Part shown: positions 1 through 7,174 of the stretch, piece after piece | Layout of the letters: every line of letters begins with the position of its first letter | Position numbering within the stretch: position 1 is the first letter of the stretch | Made by a program: the position numbers and the translations under genes | Virus record (IMG/VR): IMGVR_UViG_3300037458_000628 | Span: 1-34,025 of that record | Direction: 5' to 3' (one strand) | Length of the DNA: 34,025 bases | From: a virus | Lineage: Duplodnaviria; Caudoviricetes | Notes under the pieces: generated by a model | Told to the model about the DNA's origin: nothing | The model's database searches: none | The model's input: the letters and a program-made list of their open reading frames with translations, nothing else

Positions 1-45
1 CCCCTGCTCGACTGCCTCACGGAGGAGCTCCGCGCATGGCAGTGA
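1..45 (+). CDS. 3' end of an upstream gene (partial, PLLDCLTEELRAWQ*)
   Basis: Frame 1 has typical GC3-rich codons and ends at TGA 43-45, overlapping the next gene. Confidence 0.5.
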   Translation, partial: PLLDCLTEELRAWQ

Positions 46-452
46 CACCCACCATCCGAGACCGGGTCGCCTACGTGCAGCCCGCCGGGCACGGCCCGGT
101 CGTCTACCGGACGCTCACGGTCATGCAGGCCGTGTGCCTCGGCCCGGACTGCGGCTACCGCGGCCCGTTGCGCGACAACATCCGCAGCGCCTACTTGGAC
201 GCCCTGCACCACGCCGCCGTCGTCGGTGCCCGCATTACCTGCTGGCAGTGCGGACGCGACCCCCTGGTCGAGACGTGGGCGCAGCGCGGCGAGCGGATGG
301 GCAACTACTGGTGCGCGGCGTGCGACGAGGAGTCCACGGGCATCCCCGAGCGCCTGACGCTGGAGTGCGTCGCGTGCGGGGGGCGGGCGGAGGTCACCCA
401 CCCTGACGGGCACGGGGACCAGGTCGGCTACTGCGGGACGTGCGAGCCGTGA
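36..452 (+). CDS. Hypothetical multi-CxxC zinc-binding protein
   Basis: GGAGGAG RBS at 21-27; CLGPDC, CWQC, CAAC, CVAC and CGTC motifs. Confidence 0.8.
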   Translation: MAVTPTIRDRVAYVQPAGHGPVVYRTLTVMQAVCLGPDCGYRGPLRDNIRSAYLDALHHAAVVGARITCWQCGRDPLVETWAQRGERMGNYWCAACDEESTGIPERLTLECVACGGRAEVTHPDGHGDQVGYCGTCEP

Positions 453-1168
453 CCGCCGTGGACACCGCCGCCGATGCTGCGCTCGTCGCCGCACTCGCCT
501 CGCTGGCCGAGGTCGCCAAGGACGGCAAGGTGAACGCCGGGCAGCGGCGGTACTCGTACATGACCCTGCCCAACCTGCTCGCCGAGGTCAGGACCAAGCT
601 CGCCCCGCACGGGCTGGCCGTCATGCAACGCCTGTCGACCACGGACACCGGCCACCACTCCATCGAGACGGTCGTGCTGCACTCCAGCGGCAAGTCGTTC
701 TCGTCCGGGCCGCTGGTCTTCGACGGTGGGGCCAACCCGCAGTCGGTCGGTAGCGCGGTCACCTACTACAAGCGCTACCAGCTTGCGGCGTTCGTCGGGC
801 TCGCCGGGGATGACGACGACGACGGGCAGCGGGCCAGGGGCGACCAGTACGGGCAGACCCGCCCCGTGCAGCGCGCGCAGGGCCACCCCGACGACCCGGC
901 GAACGACCCCTGGCAGTCGCCCGCCCCCATCCCGTACGCGGGCCGCACGGACCCGGGCACGCCCTCCAGTCGCAAGGGCGCGTCGGAGAAGAGCGTCAAG
1001 CTCATGTGGAAGCTGCTCAACGACACCGGCATGCCGGCCTCGGAGATCCGCGCGTGGGTGGCCGCGGTGCTGCCCGAGGTCGGCGGGGAGTGGCACACGG
1101 ACGACCTCTCGCAGGCGCAGGTGTCCGACATCATCGACCGGCTCAAGCGCGAGGCAGGCGAGCCGTGA
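449..1168 (+). CDS. erf: ERF-family single-strand annealing recombinase
   Basis: YSYMTLPNLL..V...LAPHGL and PQSVGSAVTYYKRYQLAAFVGLAGDDDDDG match the ERF signature; GTGA overlap start at 449. Confidence 0.9.
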   Translation: MTAVDTAADAALVAALASLAEVAKDGKVNAGQRRYSYMTLPNLLAEVRTKLAPHGLAVMQRLSTTDTGHHSIETVVLHSSGKSFSSGPLVFDGGANPQSVGSAVTYYKRYQLAAFVGLAGDDDDDGQRARGDQYGQTRPVQRAQGHPDDPANDPWQSPAPIPYAGRTDPGTPSSRKGASEKSVKLMWKLLNDTGMPASEIRAWVAAVLPEVGGEWHTDDLSQAQVSDIIDRLKREAGEP

Positions 1169-1171
1169 GCC

Positions 1172-1194
1172 TGTGGATAACGCCCTGTGGATGG
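1172..1194 (-). promoter_or_regulatory. DnaA box (perfect) plus a degenerate second copy
   Basis: TGTGGATAA at 1172-1180 is the reverse complement of TTATCCACA; TGTGGATGG at 1186-1194; intergenic position. Confidence 0.5.
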
Positions 1195-1252
1195 GCGCTG
1201 TACCCCCCGCCCGGCGTGGTGTGACATGGCGCCAAGGACGGGAGGGGATGAC

Positions 1253-1429
1253 GTGCTCGCACCGAGGCGATACCCGCACCGGCCGCCGATCGTGCGGCTG
1301 TGCGCCTGCGGCCGGCCCGGGCCGTACGTGGATGCCGTGCTCGGCCGGACCAGGCACCTGTGCCGGCGGTGCTGGCGGGAGTGGTGGCTGCACGAGGCGT
1401 TCCCGTGGGCCATCGAGGAGGCGCAGTGA
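1253..1429 (+). CDS. Small Cys-rich hypothetical protein
   Basis: GGAGG at 1241-1245 then GTG 1253; CAC...CRRC; stop overlaps the next start. Confidence 0.6.
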   Translation: MLAPRRYPHRPPIVRLCACGRPGPYVDAVLGRTRHLCRRCWREWWLHEAFPWAIEEAQ

Positions 1430-1860
1430 ACGACGACAGCGACCGGAAGCGGCGATGGCTGGCCGACTACCTCGACGCCCTGCCGGACCACCTGCGCACC
1501 ACCCCGCAGGACCCCAAGCTCCTCGACGCAGCACGGGTGGCCTACGGCAACGGCTGGAGCCCCCGCCGCATCGCCACCGCGGTCGCCATGCGCTCCTACG
1601 ACGGCGTCCTGTTCCCCAGCAAGATCGCCATCGGCAGGCTGGCGGAGATCGGGGCGACCGCCCCACGCATCCCCTCCAACGCCCGCCGGTGCGGCTGCGG
1701 TGACCCGGACTGCGCCACCCGCGCCACCCTGCCGGAGCAGTGGGTGCGGGACCGCTGGGCGCTCATCCGCGAGCTGCACCGCACCCCGGGGATGGGCGAG
1801 GACGAGCGCGAGCACTGCATGGCCACCCTCATCGCAGCACAGCAGCAGGAGGCGTGGTGA
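1426..1860 (+). CDS. Hypothetical protein, replication region
   Basis: GTGA coupling at both ends, GAGGAGG RBS, CGC..PDC motif. Confidence 0.75.
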   Translation: MNDDSDRKRRWLADYLDALPDHLRTTPQDPKLLDAARVAYGNGWSPRRIATAVAMRSYDGVLFPSKIAIGRLAEIGATAPRIPSNARRCGCGDPDCATRATLPEQWVRDRWALIRELHRTPGMGEDEREHCMATLIAAQQQEAW

Positions 1861-2282
1861 AGCGGCCGAACGGCCCGTACGTGGTGCTCTCGGCGTCGTT
1901 CCACCGCGACGCGGACATCCTCGAGGTCGGGGAGCGGGCGGCGTGGCTGTACCTGGCCATGACGCTGGAATGCCGCACCCTGCGCTCGGACGGGTGGATC
2001 ACAGCCCGTCAGGTCGCTGGCCTCGGCGTGCCCCAGTGGAAGACGCGCCTCCAGGTCCTGCTGGACGCCGGGCTCGTCGAGGAGGCCCGGGGGGCGGCCG
2101 GACGGTACTGGATCCCGGCCTACCTGAAGTGGAACAAGTCCGAGCAGGACTACCGCGACCGGGCAGCGCGGGGCAGGCACTTCGCCTGTCAGCGGTGGCA
2201 CGACCAACCCTGCGCAGACCCCGACTGTTCGGATGGGACACCCAATGGGTTACCCATTGGGACCCCCAATGGGGGGTCGTGA
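1857..2282 (+). CDS. RepA-like phage replication initiator (N-terminal winged-helix type)
   Basis: YVVLSASFHRD..I..VG..A.WLYL.....C....SDG.I.....L..AGLV....Y.I..YLKWN.S pattern of actinophage initiators; iteron-like repeats in the 3' end. Confidence 0.7.
   Translation: MKRPNGPYVVLSASFHRDADILEVGERAAWLYLAMTLECRTLRSDGWITARQVAGLGVPQWKTRLQVLLDAGLVEEARGAAGRYWIPAYLKWNKSEQDYRDRAARGRHFACQRWHDQPCADPDCSDGTPNGLPIGTPNGGS
2241..2273. repeat. Three palindromic CCCAWTGGG units at 12-bp period (iteron-like; putative origin)
   Basis: CCCAATGGG 2241-2249, CCCATTGGG 2253-2261, CCCAATGGG 2265-2273. Confidence 0.7.
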
Positions 2283-2365
2283 TGCCAGACCAGACCAGAC
2301 CAGACCATATAGATACCTCCTCCCCCACCGGCCCTGAACTCAGTAACGCGCGGGCCCCCCGATGA
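2282..2365 (+). CDS. 27-aa peptide MPDQTRPD..., probably the detached C-terminus of the initiator
   Basis: TGATG overlap with the initiator stop and ATGA overlap with the next gene. Confidence 0.35.
   Translation: MPDQTRPDHIDTSSPTGPELSNARAPR
2285..2307. repeat. (CCAGA)4.6 pentamer tandem repeat
   Basis: CCAGA x4 plus CCA, read directly. Confidence 0.95.
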
Positions 2366-2478
2366 GCCGCTTCGTGTGGATCGTCCGCTGCGCCCGATGC
2401 GGCGACTTCGCCACCTACACCCTCGAGCTGCACGCCCAGACCTGGGCCAACACCCACCGATGCGAGGAGGCACCATGA
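2362..2478 (+). CDS. 38-aa CxxC...HxC zinc-binding peptide (not in ORF track)
   Basis: MSRFVWIVRCARCGDFATYTLELHAQTWANTHRCEEAP*, ATGA overlaps at both ends. Confidence 0.7.
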   Translation: MSRFVWIVRCARCGDFATYTLELHAQTWANTHRCEEAP

Positions 2479-2698
2479 CCGCCCACGACCCCCAAGCAGC
2501 AATCGAGGCATGGGAGCCGCCGCGGTGCGAGCACGGCAAGATTCTGCTGGGGTGCTCTCACGACGACTGCCCGCAGCAGTCCGCCTATCTCGCCGAGCAA
2601 CACGCGATATTGGATGCGCTCCACAGACGACAGCAGGATGAAGCGCGCGTGCTGGTCCGCCAAGTGCTGGGGATCGAGCCATGACCGCCCACGACCCC
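2473..2698. repeat. 20-bp perfect direct repeat CCATGACCGCCCACGACCCC (2473-2492 and 2679-2698)
   Basis: Exact match; both genes begin MTAHDP. Confidence 0.95.
2475..2684 (+). CDS. Hypothetical protein (CEH...C...C motif)
   Basis: GAGGAGG RBS, ATGA overlaps. Confidence 0.8.
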   Translation: MTAHDPQAAIEAWEPPRCEHGKILLGCSHDDCPQQSAYLAEQHAILDALHRRQQDEARVLVRQVLGIEP

Positions 2699-3157
2699 GC
2701 GTGCCAGTGGCAGGAGACTCCCGCCTACCGCGCAGCCAGATACTGCCCGGGCTGCGACCTCATCGCCCGCATCCGCGCCGACGAGGCTGCGAGGTGGTCA
2801 GAGGTGGCCGTTCGAAACGCGGGGATCGCGGCCACCGAGGCGCTCCGCGTGGGTGCCGAGGAGATCGCGCAGGCCATCGAGGACAAGGCTCCGATGCGAG
2901 GAGGCACCATGACCGACCAGACCACCCCGGTGCCACCATCGGCCTACCCCGGCGGCTACTGGGGCAAGGTCACCCCCACGCGGCGCGGCTACCGCTGGGA
3001 GGCCGGCCGGGCCCACTTGCACGCCCACCACTGGGGCTGGACCCGCAGCCATGCGCGAGCGGTTCGCAAGGCCAACCGCGCCATCGAGCGGATGCGCCAA
3101 CTCGACGAGCGCTACGAGGGCCAGGAGGGCGCCGCTACCCGATGGGAGGTCCCATGA
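2681..3157 (+). CDS. Hypothetical protein; apparent fusion of two genes, second start at 2909
   Basis: Internal in-frame GAGGAGG-ATG at 2909; N-terminal half has H..C..C..C and IRADE/EEIAQA motifs. Confidence 0.75.
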   Translation: MTAHDPACQWQETPAYRAARYCPGCDLIARIRADEAARWSEVAVRNAGIAATEALRVGAEEIAQAIEDKAPMRGGTMTDQTTPVPPSAYPGGYWGKVTPTRRGYRWEAGRAHLHAHHWGWTRSHARAVRKANRAIERMRQLDERYEGQEGAATRWEVP

Positions 3158-3975
3158 CAGACGACACCCCCCGCCCCCGATGCATCGTCCCCCACTGCCC
3201 CACCCCCCTCGAGCAGTGGGGCATCTGCGCCCACCACATCACCACCACCGACCAGCTCCTCGCCGACCTCGTCGACCTCCACGCCCGCGCCCACACCCGC
3301 CTCGCACCAGGCACCGCCGGCACCCACCTGCGCACCGTCCCCGGCAGCCGACCACCCCTCGACATCGCCGCCCTCGACCTCGCCCTCGGCGAGTGGCTCC
3401 TCATGACCGACGAGGACACCACCGACCCCCCGTGGACCGGGCTCGAGGGCTGGGAGCAGGACTGGCGCACCTACCTGCACCTGTCGCCCTACGGCCCCGC
3501 CACCGCGCGGCGCGCGGCGCGCGGCATGAGCACCCTCGTCGGCGTCGTCACGTTCCTGCGCGCCTGGTGGCCACGGGCCGCCGAGCTGCACCCCGCCGCC
3601 GATGAATTCGTGGCCGACGTGCGCCGCATGCACGCCGCCGCCAAGGCCGCCCTACGTGAGAGCGACCCACCCGCGTGGTCCGTCGCCTGCCCCACCGACG
3701 GATGCGGCAACCGGCTACGCGTCGAGCACGACGGACGCGACGCCGTCCTACGCTGCAAGCGCTGCGGAGTCGCACGCACCACCGAACACCTGCTGTACGT
3801 CGCCCGCGCCGAGGGCAAGCCGTGTTGGCTTGACGCCGAGGCCGCAGCCCGTGCCCTGCGCTGCGACGTCGGGCACCTCGGCCCTCTCGTCCGCGACGGG
3901 CGACTGCGGGTGCGGGGGATGGGGGAATGCAGGCAGTACGACATCAACTCGCTACGGATGGAGACGACAGCATGA
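3154..3975 (+). CDS. Zn-ribbon plus C-terminal HTH DNA-binding protein (candidate late regulator)
   Basis: N-terminal C..HC..C..H, CPTDGC...CKRC ribbon, LDAEAAARAL...V.DGRL HTH; typical position upstream of HNH/terminase. Confidence 0.75.
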   Translation: MTDDTPRPRCIVPHCPTPLEQWGICAHHITTTDQLLADLVDLHARAHTRLAPGTAGTHLRTVPGSRPPLDIAALDLALGEWLLMTDEDTTDPPWTGLEGWEQDWRTYLHLSPYGPATARRAARGMSTLVGVVTFLRAWWPRAAELHPAADEFVADVRRMHAAAKAALRESDPPAWSVACPTDGCGNRLRVEHDGRDAVLRCKRCGVARTTEHLLYVARAEGKPCWLDAEAAARALRCDVGHLGPLVRDGRLRVRGMGECRQYDINSLRMETTA

Positions 3976-4433
3976 GCGCCATTGACCGCGCGATGAGCCC
4001 TGAAGAATGGGCCGAGGTGTCCGAAGCCCTGCAAGTGCTCCGAAGGCTCGCCCCGGAACTGATCGACAAGGCCAGGGAAGCCAGACTCGCCGAGCAGCGC
4101 TTCTGCAACAACGACAACTGTCGACGCGCATTCCACTCCAGCAGCCCCCTGCGCACCTACTGCTCGAGGCACTGCCAAGCCGCGCAGTGGCAACGGGAGT
4201 ACGCCCGCGAGAAGCGCGCAGCACAGCGCCCGGAGCCTGCGCCCAGGCCGGCCCAACCCGCCCCCGCAGGCGCCTACTCACCGGAGGACGCCGCACGCTA
4301 CTTGGGCATCGGTAGGACGACGCTGTACACGCTCATCAAGGAGGGCAAGGTCAGTGCGGTGAAGATCGGCAGACGCACCGTCGTGCCACGGTCGGAGCTG
4401 GACGCGCTGCTACGGATGGAGACGACGCCATGA
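3951..4433. repeat. Direct repeat GCTACGGATGGAGACGACnnCATGA (3951-3975 and 4409-4433)
   Basis: 18 bp exact, 23/25 overall; both adjacent proteins end LRMETT[A/P]*. Confidence 0.95.
3972..4433 (+). CDS. CGNR-like Zn finger plus excisionase-family (HTH_17) DNA-binding protein
   Basis: CNNDNC...F.....RTYCSRHC and YSPEDAARYLGIGRTTLYTLIKEGKVSAVKIGRRTVVPRSEL. Confidence 0.85.
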   Translation: MSAIDRAMSPEEWAEVSEALQVLRRLAPELIDKAREARLAEQRFCNNDNCRRAFHSSSPLRTYCSRHCQAAQWQREYAREKRAAQRPEPAPRPAQPAPAGAYSPEDAARYLGIGRTTLYTLIKEGKVSAVKIGRRTVVPRSELDALLRMETTP

Positions 4434-4651
4434 AGCGACCGACGCAGATCACCGGGAATCGCCAGTTCCTCGAAGAGGTCGCCGAGGCGTACCGCGACGC
4501 CGTGCGGAAAGGCGACCGCCACCCGTGCGCCACCATCGCCCAGCGCGCCGATGTCCAGCCTCGCACGGCAGCCAGATGGGTCGCGCTCGCCCGCGACGTC
4601 GGGGCACTCGGCCCGGCTCGCAAGGGCAAGTCCGGGGAGTTCGACGCATGA
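4430..4651 (+). CDS. Small HTH DNA-binding protein
   Basis: L.EVA..YR.A......P...IA...V...TA.RWV..AR..G.L helix-turn-helix pattern. Confidence 0.7.
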   Translation: MKRPTQITGNRQFLEEVAEAYRDAVRKGDRHPCATIAQRADVQPRTAARWVALARDVGALGPARKGKSGEFDA

Positions 4652-4767
4652 CCGGGTGGCCGATGGGCTCGGCGCAGGCGTGGAACGCGGCAGGCAACCC
4701 ACCCCCCGACATGTGGGACCCCAACGAGGACGAGCGACACGCCGAAGACGAGGATGCTTGCGACTGA
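4648..4767 (+). CDS. 39-aa acidic hypothetical peptide
   Basis: GGGGAG RBS and ATGA overlap. Confidence 0.5.
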   Translation: MTGWPMGSAQAWNAAGNPPPDMWDPNEDERHAEDEDACD

Positions 4768-4786
4768 CCAACACCCGTGCGATGAT

Positions 4787-4938
4787 CCCCCCTGAGCCGC
4801 GGCATGCCCGCGGTTCACAGCACGACAGTGCGCTACGCCACTCGCAACTGCGCAGCACGGGGCGCACCTAGGCAGGACGCCCAGCTCGATGCCCGCCAGC
4901 GCTCGCCCGCCCGGCGGGCATCGTCGTGTGCAGGGGGG
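4787..4938 (+). ncRNA. Candidate structured leader or ncRNA before the late operon
   Basis: Nested complementary pairs 4787-4794/4931-4938, 4794-4802/4808-4816, 4821-4826/4923-4928, 4828-4833/4862-4867, 4887-4897/4913-4923. Confidence 0.35.
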
Positions 4939-4941
4939 CGC

Positions 4942-5289
4942 ATGCGAGACCCACGCGCACACCGACGCTACAAGGACGCAGCCCGCGCCTACATCGCATC
5001 ACTGCGAGGCCAACCCGTGGCGTGCGTGCTGTGCGGGCACCTCGTCGACACCAGCCTCCCCGGCACCATCGGCCCCGGCCCCACCATCGAACACCAGCCC
5101 CCAGTGCGCGCCATCGTCGCCGCAGCACGCGACTGGCGGCAGGCCGTCGACATGGTCGCCAGCCCCACCACCTGGGCCGGCATCGCCCACCGTAGATGCC
5201 AGGCGAGGCAGGGGCAGCGCGCCACCGCCGCGATCAACCGCGCGAGGAACGAGCAGCGCCGCACCGTCGGCGGCTCCCGCGTCTGGTGA
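4942..5289 (+). CDS. Terminase-associated HNH endonuclease (HK97 gp74-like, divergent)
   Basis: CVLCG...TIEH.PP...AHRRC; immediately upstream of terS; SR.W C-terminus. Confidence 0.8.
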   Translation: MRDPRAHRRYKDAARAYIASLRGQPVACVLCGHLVDTSLPGTIGPGPTIEHQPPVRAIVAAARDWRQAVDMVASPTTWAGIAHRRCQARQGQRATAAINRARNEQRRTVGGSRVW

Positions 5290-5373
5290 GGTAAGCCTCA
5301 CCTTTTTCACGTTCGAGCCGTTGGCGACCGCGCCCGCGCCCGTTTTCCGTCGAGACCCCAAGGGGGGGCAGCC
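5290..5373. other. Candidate cos/packaging region
   Basis: Intergenic gap between HNH and terS with two T-tracts flanking a GC core; called by position only. Confidence 0.35.
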
Positions 5374-5634
5374 ATGCCACCACGCCGCCGCGTGGGTCCC
5401 GTCGAGCGCAGCACCCGGGCCGACCTCAAGTCCTGGGACGTGACCGGGGGGCTCGCCGAGTCCGCCCTCGTCCTGGCCCGCACCCTCGACGAAGGCGCCG
5501 GGCTGGCGGTCGCCGCTGTGGCCCGCGAGCTGCGCGCCACGATGGAGTCGCTGCGCCCGGTCGAGGAGGATCATGACGATCTCGACCGCTTCCTCGCTGG
5601 GCTGTCCACCCCGATACGGGACGCCGCGGACTAG
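5374..5634 (+). CDS. terS: Terminase small subunit
   Basis: Helical LA..LD.G.G...AAVARELRAT..L...DDLD pattern; overlaps the terL start. Confidence 0.8.
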   Translation: MPPRRRVGPVERSTRADLKSWDVTGGLAESALVLARTLDEGAGLAVAAVARELRATMESLRPVEEDHDDLDRFLAGLSTPIRDAAD

Positions 5635-7021
5635 CCGCTCGACGCTCGGCCCCCGGGCGGCGGAGGTCGGGGCGCGGCTGATCGGCCGGCCGATGATGCC
5701 GTGGCAGCGCCGCGTGCTCGACGTCGCGCTGGAGCTGGACCCCGACGGGCATCCCGCATACCGCCGCGTCGTGCTCACGGTCCCCCGCCAATCGGGGAAG
5801 ACCACGCTGCAACTGGCGCTGTTCGTGCACCGGGCGCTGGCGTGGGGAACCCCGCAGGTGATGGCCTACGCCGCGCAGACCGGCAAGGACGCCCGCACCA
5901 AGCTCACCGACGACCAGCTGCCGATCCTCAAGCGTTCCCCGTTCCGCCCGCTGTTCCGCCCGCGCTTGTCGACCGGGCACGAGGCGATCCTGTGGCACAA
6001 CGGGTCGCGGCACGTGCTCGCGGCGAACACCGAGAAGTCCGGCCACGGGTCGACGCTGGACCTCGGCCTGATCGATGAGGCGTTCAGCCAGGTGGATGCC
6101 CGCCTCGAGCAGGCGTTCAGCCCGGCGATGGCGACCCGCCCGGATGCGCAGCTGTGGATCGTGTCCACGGCCGGCGGCCCCCAGTCGACCTACCTGCGCT
6201 CCAAGGTGGAGGCGGGCCGTGCGAACTACGGCGACACCGACGGCGGGGTCGCATTCTTCGAGTGGTCGGCCGACGACGACGAGGACATCGACGACCCGCG
6301 CACGTGGCAGGCGACCATGCCGGCGCTGGGCATCACGCAGTCGGAGCGCATGGTGCGCGCCGAGCTGGCGTCGATGCGCGCGGAGGGCAACGAGGACGAG
6401 TTCCGCCGCGCCTACCTGAACCAGTGGCGCGACAAGGGCGCCGGCAGCGTGATCGACCTGGGGCAGTGGGCGGCGCTGGCCGACCCGTCGGCGACGATCG
6501 CGGACCCGGCGATGCTGGCGCTGGACGTGGCCCCCGACCGCTCGTCGGCGTCGGTGGCGGCTGCGTCGCGGCGCCCGGATGGCCGGGTGTACGTGGAGGT
6601 CGCCGAGCAGTTCGACGACGTCGGGCTGGTCGTGCCGTGGCTGGTCGAGCGGGTCGCCCTGTGGCGGCCGGCGGGGCTGGTCGTGGACCCGGGGTCGGCT
6701 GCCGGGTCGCTGCTGGGGGATTTGGGCCGTGCGGGCATCGATCCGGTCCTGCTGCGCCCCCGGGACATGGCCGCCGCGTGCGGCCGGTTCTTCGACGTGG
6801 TGAAGGCCGGGGGCCTGCGCCACCGCGGCGACCAGCCCGCGCTCGTCTCGGCACTGATCGGCGCGCGGCGCCGGTCGCTGTCGGATGCGTGGGCGTGGGA
6901 CCGCAAGTCGCCGGGGGCGGACATCACGCCGCTGGTGGCCTCCACATTGGCCGTGTGGGGCGTGCTCGAGGTCCCCAACGTGGACCGCTCCACCGAGGCC
7001 CTGTTGCGCACGTTCGGATAG
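5573..7021 (+). CDS. terL: Terminase large subunit
   Basis: PWQ Q-motif, Walker A VPRQSGKTT, Walker B LIDEAF, STAG coupling motif, nuclease LALDV and DITPLVA. Confidence 0.97.
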   Translation: MTISTASSLGCPPRYGTPRTSRSTLGPRAAEVGARLIGRPMMPWQRRVLDVALELDPDGHPAYRRVVLTVPRQSGKTTLQLALFVHRALAWGTPQVMAYAAQTGKDARTKLTDDQLPILKRSPFRPLFRPRLSTGHEAILWHNGSRHVLAANTEKSGHGSTLDLGLIDEAFSQVDARLEQAFSPAMATRPDAQLWIVSTAGGPQSTYLRSKVEAGRANYGDTDGGVAFFEWSADDDEDIDDPRTWQATMPALGITQSERMVRAELASMRAEGNEDEFRRAYLNQWRDKGAGSVIDLGQWAALADPSATIADPAMLALDVAPDRSSASVAAASRRPDGRVYVEVAEQFDDVGLVVPWLVERVALWRPAGLVVDPGSAAGSLLGDLGRAGIDPVLLRPRDMAAACGRFFDVVKAGGLRHRGDQPALVSALIGARRRSLSDAWAWDRKSPGADITPLVASTLAVWGVLEVPNVDRSTEALLRTFG

Positions 7022-7036
7022 AGGAGGACCCCCCTG

Positions 7037-7174
7037 ATGGTGTGGACCATCCTCGGCTCGGTCGGGCTGCTGCTGCTGGCGGTGGCCGCGTTCCTGGCGT
7101 TCGGGCTGGCCGCTGGTGTGGCCGCGCTCGGCGTGGCGCTGCTGCTGGCCGGCATTGACGGGCGGCGTCCCTGA
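7037..7174 (+). CDS. 45-aa two-TM membrane protein between terL and portal (not in ORF track)
   Basis: AGAGGAGG RBS; MVWTILGSVGLLLLAVAAFLAFGLAAGVAALGVALLLAGIDGRRP*; TGATG coupling to portal. Confidence 0.8.
   Translation: MVWTILGSVGLLLLAVAAFLAFGLAAGVAALGVALLLAGIDGRRP

Larger units (their letters stand above)
2457..2915. repeat. 25-bp perfect direct repeat CCGATGCGAGGAGGCACCATGACCG (2457-2481 and 2891-2915)
   Basis: Exact match; contains an RBS and ATG. Confidence 0.95.

Noticed and set aside
4768-4941. tRNA gene in the late intergenic region
   Set aside because: No T-loop/D-loop consensus or cloverleaf; kept only as a generic structured RNA candidate
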